Positions 27,948 through 37,030 are shown, counted from the stretch's first letter. The stretch: 64,000 bases of DNA from Arenicellales bacterium (GCA_965202615.1 OZ241837.1:136347-200346); one strand, 5' to 3'. Notes: generated by a model from the letters alone, not told the origin. Numbers and translations: made by a program.

Positions 27948-29852
27948 ATGTCGGAAGAAATGATCGCGGAAAAAATTGATTTTCAAGCCGAAGTGCAACA
28001 ACTGCTGAATCTTGTCATCCATTCCCTTTATTCGGAAAGGGAAGTGTTTCTCAGAGAACTGATCTCTAACGCTTCGGATGCCTGTGGACGCCTTCGATTC
28101 GAATCTCTCACCAATCCGGACATGCTCGAAACCGAGCACACGCCAGCGGTTGAACTGGAAGTTGCCAAACGCGGCAGGACCATCACCATCCGGGACAACG
28201 GAATTGGGATGACGCGAGATGAAGTCGCAGAAAACATCGGCACTATCGCCCGTTCCGGTACCAAGCGATTCGTGGAAGCGCTGACCGGGGAGCAGTCTGA
28301 AGACGCTAACCTGATCGGCCAGTTTGGCGTGGGTTTTTACTCTGTCTTCATGGTCGCGGAAAATGTCGTGCTGAAATCACGCAAAGCCGGTACGAAAAAA
28401 AATCAGGGAGTCGTTTGGGAATCAGACGGCGTGAGTGGTTACACGATCGATGACGAGGACATCGAAGTTCCCGGAACCGAAATCACTGTTACATTGCGCA
28501 AGGATGCAAAAGAGTTTCTGGATGTCCAGAAAGTCTCAGAAGTCATCAAGAAATATGCAGATCACATCTCCGTGCCGATTCGACTGAGGGCTGCGCCGAC
28601 TGCAAAGAAAGAAGAGGAATGGGAACTCGTGAATGACGGTTCGGCACTTTGGACGCGGGCGCGTAAGGACATTACCGACGAAGAATACGAAAATTTCTAC
28701 AAGTCTCTATCCTACGACCTTGAAGCGCCGCTGATTCGACTGCACAACCGGGTCGAAGGCCGGCTTGAATATTCGGCGCTGCTATTCATACCTTCGCGGG
28801 CCCCTTATGACCTGTGGGACGCTGAACGCCGACAGGGAATCAAGCTGTACGTGCGGCGCGTTTTTATTGCAGACGACACCAAGAACCTGATGCCGGGCTA
28901 CCTGCGGTTTGTACGCGGCGTCATCGATTCGGATGACCTGCCGCTCAACGTATCGCGCGAGTTTCTGCAAAAAAACAAGCAAGTCGAAAGGATTCGCGCG
29001 GGTGTGGTCAGGAAAATTCTTGGTGAACTCAAGCGTATCGCCAACAAGGACGACGAAAAGTTCCAAACCTTCTGGAAAGAGTTCGGGCGGGCGTTCAAGG
29101 AAGGAATCACGGAAGATTCGGACAACCGAAAAACCATTGCCGAACTCTTGCGATTTGCAACCACCAAGAGTGAAGGCGAAGAGCAGACTGAATCCCTGCA
29201 GCAGTACGTTGACCGGATGCCTGAAAAGCAGGATGCGATCTACTACATCACCGCTGACAGCCATGCATCGGCCAAGGGTTCACCGCATCTGGAAGTTTTC
29301 AAGAAGCACGATATCGAAGTGCTTCTGCTGAGTGATCCAATCGATGAATGGGTGGTCATGCACCTTACGGAATTTGGAGAAAAGCAGTTAAAGTCTATCG
29401 CCAAAGGTGATTTGTCGCTGGACTGGCTGGAATCTGAGGAAAAAACCGAGGATAAACCTGACGAGAAAGTGGACGCACTGGTCGGCAAGCTGAAAGAAGC
29501 ACTGAGCGGTCGAATAACCGACGTCAGAGTCACGTCTCGATTGACTGATTCTCCGGCATGCCTGGTCGCAAGTGACTATGGACTGAGCGCCAACATGAAG
29601 CGAATCCTCAAAGCCAGCGGTCAGGCTTCGTATGATGTTCCGCCAATTATGGAAATCAATCCGGATCATCAGATCATCAAAAAACTGGTTGATTCCGATG
29701 ACAATTTCGATGACTGGGCGCATGTACTGTTCGATCAGGCGGCGTTGAGTGAAGGCTCTGCACTTGAAGACCCCGCCGACTATGTTCGGCGGATCAACAC
29801 ATTGCTCAGCGATTCACTTGAAGATAAAGGTTCTGTCATCATCGCACCTTAA
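27948..29852 (+). CDS. htpG: molecular chaperone HtpG (Hsp90)
   Basis: The 634-aa product has the motifs FQAEVQQLLNLVIHSLYSEREVFLRELISNASDA and IGQFGVGFYS. Confidence 0.95.
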   Translation: MSEEMIAEKIDFQAEVQQLLNLVIHSLYSEREVFLRELISNASDACGRLRFESLTNPDMLETEHTPAVELEVAKRGRTITIRDNGIGMTRDEVAENIGTIARSGTKRFVEALTGEQSEDANLIGQFGVGFYSVFMVAENVVLKSRKAGTKKNQGVVWESDGVSGYTIDDEDIEVPGTEITVTLRKDAKEFLDVQKVSEVIKKYADHISVPIRLRAAPTAKKEEEWELVNDGSALWTRARKDITDEEYENFYKSLSYDLEAPLIRLHNRVEGRLEYSALLFIPSRAPYDLWDAERRQGIKLYVRRVFIADDTKNLMPGYLRFVRGVIDSDDLPLNVSREFLQKNKQVERIRAGVVRKILGELKRIANKDDEKFQTFWKEFGRAFKEGITEDSDNRKTIAELLRFATTKSEGEEQTESLQQYVDRMPEKQDAIYYITADSHASAKGSPHLEVFKKHDIEVLLLSDPIDEWVVMHLTEFGEKQLKSIAKGDLSLDWLESEEKTEDKPDEKVDALVGKLKEALSGRITDVRVTSRLTDSPACLVASDYGLSANMKRILKASGQASYDVPPIMEINPDHQIIKKLVDSDDNFDDWAHVLFDQAALSEGSALEDPADYVRRINTLLSDSLEDKGSVIIAP

Positions 29853-30059
29853 TCATCAAGAACATATTCTAATTTCTACGAGAACCTTGTAAACTAGTAA
29901 ACATCGCGCCAAGGTTGTTCGAATCAATCGTTCGCCCAATGCATGCAGAATGATTCTGCCTCCGCCATGGCGCTGAAGGCATGGGAAACGCTTTCTGAAT
30001 TCATTGGGAAATCATCTTGCTTCCACTTCGGAAGCAAATCGGGTCCAGAGGAGGAATGA

Positions 30060-30533
30060 ATGAATTCGAATTTCGCAGCGTTAATTGAAGATCTTCAACC
30101 ACGGTTCGAGCGACTCATGGCCATGGCCCCCGTACGACACGGTCGGTTCATTAGTCCGGTTCCCGAACAAGGCGTGTACTTGTTCTCGGAGCCCGGCAAT
30201 TGTCATCTTTATGTTGGTCGGTCGAGGAGAATTCGCCGTAGATACGGCGGGCACTGCAATCCAGGGGCAAAGGAAAACACGGCTGTTTTTGCATTTCAAC
30301 TCGCACGGGAAGCCACCGGCAGGGTTGAGGCTAGTTACAAGGCTGGACCGGATAGCAGGAAGGGATTAATGAAAGATTCTGAATTCCTCGCTGCATTTGA
30401 TGCGGCAAAGGACCGGATTCGCGGGATGGAATTTAGGTTTGTCGAGGAGCCCGACCCGACCCGGCAATGCCTCCTGGAAATTTACACCGCCGTAGCTCTA
30501 GACACTCGTTACAACAATTTTAAAACCCACTAA
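30060..30533 (+). CDS. GIY-YIG nuclease-domain protein
   Basis: The 157-aa product has GVY-x10-YVG followed by a conserved Arg cluster (GVYLFSEPGNCHLYVGRSRRIRRR). A strong SD (GAGGAGG) precedes the ATG. Confidence 0.65.
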   Translation: MNSNFAALIEDLQPRFERLMAMAPVRHGRFISPVPEQGVYLFSEPGNCHLYVGRSRRIRRRYGGHCNPGAKENTAVFAFQLAREATGRVEASYKAGPDSRKGLMKDSEFLAAFDAAKDRIRGMEFRFVEEPDPTRQCLLEIYTAVALDTRYNNFKTH

Positions 30534-31253
30534 TCAATCAAGGGGTTTGTATTCGAATGACTAGTTTTCGACACGCTCCGCGGACTGACACCTCCTTGGA
30601 GGAGAACGTGTAGTCAATTGTAGAGTTGAGAGTGCACGATGAGCGTTCAATAAATCTTGTAACAGAACTAAACCACCGGAATCGACTGGCTTTAGTTCAC
30701 GAAGCAATTGGTATAAATGACAACCTTGTCGAGTGTGAACTCACTGTACACCGAAGACCCTTTGATGTAGAACTCACATTCACCAATCTGTCAAAAAATC
30801 ATAAGCAAAGGTTGACCGTGATGAAGGTGAGCGTTTCCCAATGAAGATGCGTAGACGCTTGATATTAAAAGTTTTTAGGGGAATAGTGAGAGCCCGATCT
30901 TCAAATACAACGTCGGTTCGTGGAAAAGCTGTCTGGTGCAGTTTTGGGTGATGAACGCGTTGTATTCTTGGGCATATTAGCCGCTGTGTTGTGTCGACTT
31001 GAAGATGGAACAATTGAGTTTGCTGGGATTCCCAACAGCCGCGTGCCTGTCGTCAAAACGAAACAAATGATTGATTTGGGGGTGGTATACAAAGCCCGAA
31101 CAATACTAGAGACGATTGAGCATGGTTTGCGACAACATGGTCAACTTTAGTGCATAAATCCCGCACTACAATTAACGTTTAAATCGAACTTTATTGGTTT
31201 CCTGATTGTCTCATTTGTGTTGTACCAGTCAGATCACCAATATTGAAATACAA

Positions 31254-31261
31254 TAGAAATA
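31254..31261. repeat. target-site duplication TAGAAATA (left)
   Basis: This 8-mer is identical to the one at 33657-33664 and immediately abuts the IS terminal inverted repeat. Confidence 0.9.
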
Positions 31262-31310
31262 GTAACTACTCGGACGGTTTGAGTAATCGGTCCGGCAGTT
31301 AGAGTGCATT

Positions 31311-32804
31311 TTATTCGCTGTCAGTGAGGATGTCTGCGGCTTTGTTTTGTAGTGCGATTTGAATGGCAGTTAACGGGTTGTAGCCCATCAGGCTCATTGA
31401 TTGCAGATAGCTTGAGATGCGGCAATAAGCGGCGGCATATTCGGGTGAGCGGAACGTGCCACTGACTTTTTGCTTGATTTTCGAACCCCTGATTGACCTT
31501 TCCGCGAGATTATTGCTCATAGGACAAGCAGCGTTTTTGGTAAAGCGAAGGATCTCAGTTTCGTAGGTCTCGAAAGCCTCCAGCAGATTGTGTGCATTGG
31601 TCTTCGGTGTACGGCCGCGCTTTCCTGTCCGCTCCGGCAACTCCGGCAACTCCTTTTTACCTTGCGTCAAAATCGTCCGGTACTGCTTGCGCACTGCTTT
31701 GCAACGCTCATCGGTGAGTTTCTTCTGTTCCGTTGCAGCCACTTCGCGGTTCGTTTTCAGGAGCAGCTTTTGCATTCTGTCTGCCCAGCTATGACCATGC
31801 GCATCAACGACAAACTGCAGATCGCGCAGCAAGTGGCTGCCGCATAATGCATGCGCACACTTCTTGTAATTGAAATAACTCGCCCAGCGGTCATGGACCA
31901 GCACGGGTTTTTTATCATCGTCGTCTTCATCTTCATCTTTGCTGCGCCCGGCACCGTAGCGCGGGAGGATGTTGATCTCGTCCATCGCCTCGGTGCCGCG
32001 TTTGGGATGGCAAAACTTCACAATCAGGTTGCCGGATGAATAACTGTGCAGCCAGTGGTTTTTCTTGTTGATGCGAATCGAGGTCTCATCCGCATGCATC
32101 ACCGGCATTTGCAGCAACTGCTCGGTCGCAGCCGCTTCCCATTCGGCCAGCGCCAGATGAACCCGCATCACCCAGGCCATCAAGGTGGACTCTGAGATCA
32201 GCCGCCCGGTCATCACCTTGAGCAACTGTGCGGTACGCCTGACCGCAATCATCTGCGAGATCAGCAAATGAACCGCATAAGCCACGATGCCAGCGCCATA
32301 TTGCAGGCGACCCGGCATGGTGTCCGGAAAAGTGCCGCGGGTGATGCGCTCGCAGGCCGGACAGCGCTTGATTTCAGCATCGATATGATGTTCTTCGGTG
32401 AGGAACACAATGTCAACCAGAGTGCGGCGCTCATGACCAAGCGGCTTCACGCTGGTTAAATCCTTACCGCAGTTGCCACAGTGCTCCACCTCAGAGACCT
32501 CGCTGGTCGACTTGGTTTGTGTGTTGTCGCATTCGCTGTGCGGGTGTTTGCGTCCCTTGCCCTTGGAACCGGCGCTCGATTTTGCCGTATCGTCCTCGGG
32601 CGACTTGGAGCTCGGCAGCCCGGAGTTGGCTGAGCTTTTCGGGGTTTTCTTTTCAACCAGCAGCATCACCACTGTGGTGAGCAGCAACATGAGCGACTGA
32701 AACAGCTGCAGCGTCTTGTCATTGAACTCGCCAGCGTCCTTGAGCTGCTCAAACTGAGCCTGCAGCTCAGACAGATTCTTCTGTATCGACGCCGGCGTGC
32801 TCAT
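31311..32804 (-). CDS. IS66-family transposase (TnpC-type)
   Basis: The 497-aa product has an N-terminal coiled coil, zinc-ribbon motifs CGNCGKD...CPACE and a DDE region (HADETSIRINKKNHWLH). Confidence 0.9.
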   Translation of the reverse strand: MSTPASIQKNLSELQAQFEQLKDAGEFNDKTLQLFQSLMLLLTTVVMLLVEKKTPKSSANSGLPSSKSPEDDTAKSSAGSKGKGRKHPHSECDNTQTKSTSEVSEVEHCGNCGKDLTSVKPLGHERRTLVDIVFLTEEHHIDAEIKRCPACERITRGTFPDTMPGRLQYGAGIVAYAVHLLISQMIAVRRTAQLLKVMTGRLISESTLMAWVMRVHLALAEWEAAATEQLLQMPVMHADETSIRINKKNHWLHSYSSGNLIVKFCHPKRGTEAMDEINILPRYGAGRSKDEDEDDDDKKPVLVHDRWASYFNYKKCAHALCGSHLLRDLQFVVDAHGHSWADRMQKLLLKTNREVAATEQKKLTDERCKAVRKQYRTILTQGKKELPELPERTGKRGRTPKTNAHNLLEAFETYETEILRFTKNAACPMSNNLAERSIRGSKIKQKVSGTFRSPEYAAAYCRISSYLQSMSLMGYNPLTAIQIALQNKAADILTDSE

Positions 32805-33475
32805 CGCTCCGCCTCAACCGACATGATGGCACCAAGCACCGCCACGCGCTCGGCACGCCCCATCGCCTGATAGCGCCGCGCCCAGTTCTGCGCCTTGCGC
32901 TTAATATTCTGACGGTGATTCGGATTGTCCCCGGCATGACGCGACCAGTGCAGCCGGTCTATGTCAAAGTTGTACCACACCACCTCAGTCACCACCCCCG
33001 CCTGATTCATCACCTGAACCTCAAGACGGCGCCAATTCGACAACAACTCATCATACAAAGCAGAACGATAGCCCGACACCATCACCTGGCACGGCAGCGA
33101 CTTCAAGATCTCAAGCAACTCCACATGGTCCGCTTCCTCGTAATCGTAGCGGTACCGATACCGCTCAGGCGCCTTGCGGGTGCTTTTCAGATACGGCGGG
33201 TCGGCATAAACCAGCACATCCTTGTCAAATTCATGGCCGCTCAGATATTCATGGCAGCAGCCATGAATCAGTTCAACCGGATAGTCGCAGGAGAAATCCG
33301 CAATGGCGGCCGCATCCAGATCAATGCCGATGTTATGCAGCGCCGGAGGCTTGCGCTTGAGAATGGAGCCACCGCCCAAATGCGTTTCGAGATATACATT
33401 ATGTGGGGGCATCATGCCGATCAATGGCTGGCACAGACCTGCGGTTGCTTTGGACCCAAGATAGGCTTTGCCCAT
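32801..33475 (-). CDS. D12-class (Dam-like) N6-adenine DNA methyltransferase
   Basis: The 224-aa product has YLGSK...P.HNVYLETHLGGGS (AdoMet motif) and YADPPYL (catalytic DPPY). It has a 4-nt ATGA overlap with the transposase gene and lies inside the IS inverted repeats. Confidence 0.8.
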   Translation of the reverse strand: MGKAYLGSKATAGLCQPLIGMMPPHNVYLETHLGGGSILKRKPPALHNIGIDLDAAAIADFSCDYPVELIHGCCHEYLSGHEFDKDVLVYADPPYLKSTRKAPERYRYRYDYEEADHVELLEILKSLPCQVMVSGYRSALYDELLSNWRRLEVQVMNQAGVVTEVVWYNFDIDRLHWSRHAGDNPNHRQNIKRKAQNWARRYQAMGRAERVAVLGAIMSVEAER

Positions 33476-33656
33476 CGGTTGCTCCTGTCATTTGCTCACT
33501 ACCTGTAAGAATAGGCGATTAGATCGCAAATGTCAAGCGCTCATTAAAACCTTCGCTGGTGACGGTGACGGTCGCAAGTGCCGATTAAATCCATACTTCT
33601 GACGATTCAGGCTCCACACCTGAAAGGCGAGTAAAATTACCCGTCCGAGTAGTTAC

Positions 33657-33664
33657 TAGAAATA
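33657..33664. repeat. target-site duplication TAGAAATA (right)
   Basis: This 8-mer is identical to the one at 31254-31261 and immediately abuts the IS terminal inverted repeat. Confidence 0.9.
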
Positions 33665-33695
33665 TTGGATTGGGGGAAGTACCCGGTCGGCGATT

Positions 33696-33728
33696 GGCTC
33701 TGGGATTGCTCAGAGCCTCTCGTTTTAT
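33696..33728 (+). terminator. putative rho-independent terminator
   Basis: A 7-bp stem GGCTCTG/CAGAGCC with an 8-nt loop is followed by TCTCGTTTTAT. Confidence 0.45.
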
Positions 33729-33931
33729 AGGGAAACACTTTAAATCAGCAGCCTGCAATTTCTTCCGAGTTGATTTTTCGAAATTTCTTCTCAATGATGT
33801 CGGCTTCCGATTGCAGATCCGGGTTGCTCTATAGCTGCTGTCAGCGATTCACTAACTCCTATATAATTCAGCGGCATTGTCGGGGCTGACATTCTTCATT
33901 GCTGCGTGGTTCAAATCTCGACAAGACAAGC

Positions 33932-34008
<77 letters not shown>

Positions 34009-34017
34009 TGCAATATG

Positions 34018-34315
34018 CGCCTGTAGCTCAACTGGACAGAGCAACGGCCTTCGACAGGAGCCTTTTCAGGGAATTGTGAAACCTGTTAAGTGGAGGGCAC
34101 TGTATCGGTGAAACCTTAACACGTCGTGGTGATGGCAATACCGAGGAAACCGCTGACTGTGATCATAATGCGGGATCCGTAGAGACTATACGTGCCCCAC
34201 CTGAAATGGTGAAGATATAGTCCAGACTACAAACTGGTTATTTATTCGATCAGGCAATGAAAATTGTAGTGGTACGCTAAGCCGTAGGTTACAGGTTCGA
34301 GTCCTGTCAGGCGTG
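34018..34315 (+). tRNA. tRNA-Arg (anticodon UCU) interrupted by a group I intron between positions 34 and 35
   Basis: The exons 34018-34052 and 34277-34315 join to GCGCCTGTAGCTCAACTGGACAGAGCAACGGCCTT|CTAAGCCGTAGGTTACAGGTTCGAGTCCTGTCAGGCGTG. This is a complete cloverleaf very close to E. coli argU. The 5' exon ends in U and the intron ends in G. Confidence 0.8.
34053..34276 (+). ncRNA. group I (IC3-like) self-splicing intron, no ORF
   Basis: The 224-nt insert has core blocks resembling the Azoarcus/Anabaena tRNA introns as I remember them (GGTGAAACCTTAA, ATGGCAATACCGAGG, CCGTAGAGACTATACGTGCCCCACCT). It shows nested pairings GACTATA 34184-34190 / TATAGTC 34216-34222 and ACTACAA 34225-34231 / TTGTAGT 34264-34270. 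A candidate IGS GAG can pair with the exon CUU. Confidence 0.8.
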
Positions 34316-34382
34316 CTTTTTTTCGGCTTCAGAGGAGTGTCTGTAACAAGCATGAATTTGAAGCCGAACCTAAAAAATTTGT

Positions 34383-34459
34383 GGTGGGCGTAGCTCAGTT
34401 GGTAGAGCCCTGGATTGTGGTTCCAGTCGTCGTGGGTTCAAGTCCCATCGTCCACCCCA
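34383..34459 (+). tRNA. tRNA-His (anticodon GUG) with encoded G-1
   Basis: The acceptor is GTGGGCG/CGTCCAC with an extra 5' G opposite C73. The anticodon loop is TTGTGGT and CCA is encoded. Confidence 0.9.
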
Positions 34460-34493
34460 GTTTTTCCCGGTCCACGATTCTCGGTTCTTCAGA

Positions 34494-35453
34494 ATGAACT
34501 TGCCATCACTCAGCGAAATTGAAGCCGCTGCCGCACTGATCGCCCCATACGTCTCACCTACGCCGCAATACTGTTGGCCGCTGTTAAGTGAGAGGTGTGA
34601 AACCGAAGTGTGGGTCAAACACGAAAACACCACACCGATCGGATCGTTCAAAATTCGGGGTGGCATCAATTACCTGGCAAACCTTGATTCCGACCACGTC
34701 ATTTGTGCGACCCGTGGAAATCACGGGCAATCTGTTGCATTCGCCGCAAATCTATTCGGCAAAAAAGCAACGGTTGTGGTCCCCAAAGGCAACAGTGCCG
34801 CGAAAAATGCTTCAATGCGTGCTTTCGGTGCGAATCTTGTTGAATATGGGCGCGACTTTACCGAAGCACACGAATATACGCATCAGCAAAGTGAGGAACT
34901 CAACCTCCATTTTGTTCCGTCATTTGATCGCAAACTGGTGGTTGGCGTTGCAACCTGCGGGATGGAAATTCTAACAAAAATTCCTGATCTCGACATCCTG
35001 TATGTTCCGGTCGGACTGGGCTCAGAAATCTGCGCGATGGTCGCAGTACGCGAGGCTTTGGGCCTCAACACTGCAATTGTCGGTGTGGTGGCAGACCGTG
35101 CACCGGCGTATGCGCTTTCGTTCGAACAAGGTCGGGTCGTTACAACGGATTCTGCAAATACGATTGCTGACGGTGTAGCGGTACGGGTACCGAATCAGCA
35201 GGCGCTCGATGTCATGCGACAACATGTTTCCAGATTCGTACGGGTGACGGAGACGGAAATCGTCGATGCGATGCGTATTTACTTCACCGATACCCATCAC
35301 GTGATTGAAGGTGCCGGTGCAACCAGTCTGGCGGCACTGATCAAGGATAAATCGGAAGTTTCCGGAAAGCGCGCCGGAGTCATTGCCTCGGGAGGCAATA
35401 TCAACCTGGATTTGTACAGCAGCATCTTGAACGGCACATTTCGACCCGAATAA
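34494..35453 (+). CDS. PLP-dependent threonine/serine dehydratase family protein
   Basis: The 319-aa product has the PLP-lysine motif GSFKIRGG and a glycine-rich loop SGGN. Confidence 0.8.
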   Translation: MNLPSLSEIEAAAALIAPYVSPTPQYCWPLLSERCETEVWVKHENTTPIGSFKIRGGINYLANLDSDHVICATRGNHGQSVAFAANLFGKKATVVVPKGNSAAKNASMRAFGANLVEYGRDFTEAHEYTHQQSEELNLHFVPSFDRKLVVGVATCGMEILTKIPDLDILYVPVGLGSEICAMVAVREALGLNTAIVGVVADRAPAYALSFEQGRVVTTDSANTIADGVAVRVPNQQALDVMRQHVSRFVRVTETEIVDAMRIYFTDTHHVIEGAGATSLAALIKDKSEVSGKRAGVIASGGNINLDLYSSILNGTFRPE

Positions 35454-35464
35454 GCCGACCGCCC

Positions 35465-37024
35465 ATGGCATCCAAACGACGAGTTTCCAGTCGCCGAAAA
35501 GCGCGCGACACCAAGTCAGTTCCAAGACTTGACTGGAACAGAGTCGTAAATCCCTATCCGCCGCTGGAGATTCTCTCCGCAGATCAGATCGAAGCGATCC
35601 ATCAGGCATCGCTGGAAGTGCTGCGCGATGCGGGAATCAAGTTTCTGAGTGCAACCGCGCGTAACTTGTTTCGTACAGCTGGTGCGATGGTCGACAACTC
35701 GCGGCAGATTGTCAGGTTCGATCCGGCCCTGGTCGAAGAGTTGATTTCCCATGCCCCGTCGAATTTCAGGATCAAGGCCCGCAACCCCCAGCGTTCGATC
35801 GAAATGGGTGGCGGAAACATAAACTTTGCAACCGTCGGCGGTCCATCCTTCGTCTCGGACCTGGACAATGGCCGACGAAGTGGAACGATTGAAGATCTGA
35901 GGAACTTCTTCAAAATTGTTCACGAACTGGAAATCTTTCATCTCGGTGGTGCAAATTCGTTTGAGCCGCAAGACCTGCCTGCTGATTCCCGGCACCTCGA
36001 CAAGTACATGGCAGCCATTACCTGTCACGACAAAATCTGGGTGGCAAGCATGCTGGGTCGCTATCGAGCTCGCGATGCCTTGAATATGCTGGCGATCGTA
36101 CATGAAGTGAGTCTTGAAGAGATACCATCGGAAGTGTTGACCATGGGAAACATCAATGTCAACTCTCCCAGGCAAGTCGATGACACCATGTCAGATGCGC
36201 TGATTGAGTTCTCAATGATGAATCAGGCTGTTTTGGTCACACCGTTTACGCTGCTCGGCGCGATGGCGCCAACCACCATGGCTGGCGCACTGGTTCAGCA
36301 AAACGCCGAAGCGTTGGCTTGTATTGCCCTGTCACAAATTGTTCGCCAAGGTTCACCGAACGTTTATGGAAGTTTTTCGAGCAATGTGGACATGAAAACA
36401 GGGGCACCGGCATTCGGCACGCCCGAATACGTTCGTACCACGCTCGCCAGCGCCCAGCTCGCCCGACGCTATTCACTGCCGTTTCGCGCCAGCGGTTCCA
36501 ATGCCTCAAATGCGCCGGACGAACAAGCGACCTACGAGACCTGCATGTCAGTCTGGGCCGCGGTGATGGCTCACACCAACCTTCTGTTGCACGGCGGCGG
36601 CTGGCTGGAAGGCGGTCTTGTCGCTTCGTTCGAAAAACTCATCATCGACGCTGAAATTCTGCAACTGATCTCCGAATCCCTGAAGCCAATTCCCGTCAAC
36701 CGCGACACACTCGCAGTAGAGGCCATTGCTGAGGTTCCGCCGGGCGGACATTTCTTTGGATCATCCCATACGATGGAAAGATACGAAGATGTCTTCTACG
36801 AACCGCTTTTGTCGGACTGGAGAAATTTTGAAACCTGGCGGGATGACGGCGCTCAACACACCGCTCAGCGGGCAAACCGGATATGGAAGTCGTTGTTGAA
36901 CGAATACCAGGCACCGTCACTCGATGAGTCGACCGCCGAAGAACTTGAACGCTATATTGCGCAACGGAAAGATGAAATTTCAAAAGGCCAACAGGACGCG
37001 ATCCTGTCGGACATCGGCGCCTGA
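35465..37024 (+). CDS. MttB-superfamily (trimethylamine methyltransferase-like) protein, non-pyrrolysine type
   Basis: The 519-aa uninterrupted ORF has no in-frame TAG. Length and sequence pattern fit COG5598 quaternary-amine methyltransferases. Confidence 0.7.
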   Translation: MASKRRVSSRRKARDTKSVPRLDWNRVVNPYPPLEILSADQIEAIHQASLEVLRDAGIKFLSATARNLFRTAGAMVDNSRQIVRFDPALVEELISHAPSNFRIKARNPQRSIEMGGGNINFATVGGPSFVSDLDNGRRSGTIEDLRNFFKIVHELEIFHLGGANSFEPQDLPADSRHLDKYMAAITCHDKIWVASMLGRYRARDALNMLAIVHEVSLEEIPSEVLTMGNINVNSPRQVDDTMSDALIEFSMMNQAVLVTPFTLLGAMAPTTMAGALVQQNAEALACIALSQIVRQGSPNVYGSFSSNVDMKTGAPAFGTPEYVRTTLASAQLARRYSLPFRASGSNASNAPDEQATYETCMSVWAAVMAHTNLLLHGGGWLEGGLVASFEKLIIDAEILQLISESLKPIPVNRDTLAVEAIAEVPPGGHFFGSSHTMERYEDVFYEPLLSDWRNFETWRDDGAQHTAQRANRIWKSLLNEYQAPSLDESTAEELERYIAQRKDEISKGQQDAILSDIGA

Positions 37025-37030
37025 ACTCAA

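Larger units (their letters stand above)
31262..33656 (-). mobile_element. IS66-family insertion sequence (2395 bp) carrying a DNA methyltransferase passenger gene
   Basis: The terminal inverted repeats GTAACTACTCGGACGG lie at 31262-31277 and, reverse-complemented, at 33641-33656. The element is flanked by perfect 8-bp direct repeats TAGAAATA and contains an IS66-type transposase. Confidence 0.9.

Noticed and set aside
30626-31150. Two small ORFs (72 and 76 aa) in the same frame downstream of the GIY-YIG gene, possibly one broken gene
   Set aside because: The first starts with a non-ATG codon. The 75 nt between them contain five stops in that frame, and neither shows motifs. I cannot support them as genes.
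34316-34375. A hairpin TTCGGCTTCA...TGAAGCCGAA after tRNA-Arg as a terminator
   Set aside because: The loop is 27 nt and there is no 3' U-tract on the sense strand. It may be a processing element but cannot be called a terminator.
35465-37024. Pyrrolysine (in-frame UAG) in the MttB homolog
   Set aside because: The ORF is continuous with no internal amber codon, and no pyl genes are present in the window.
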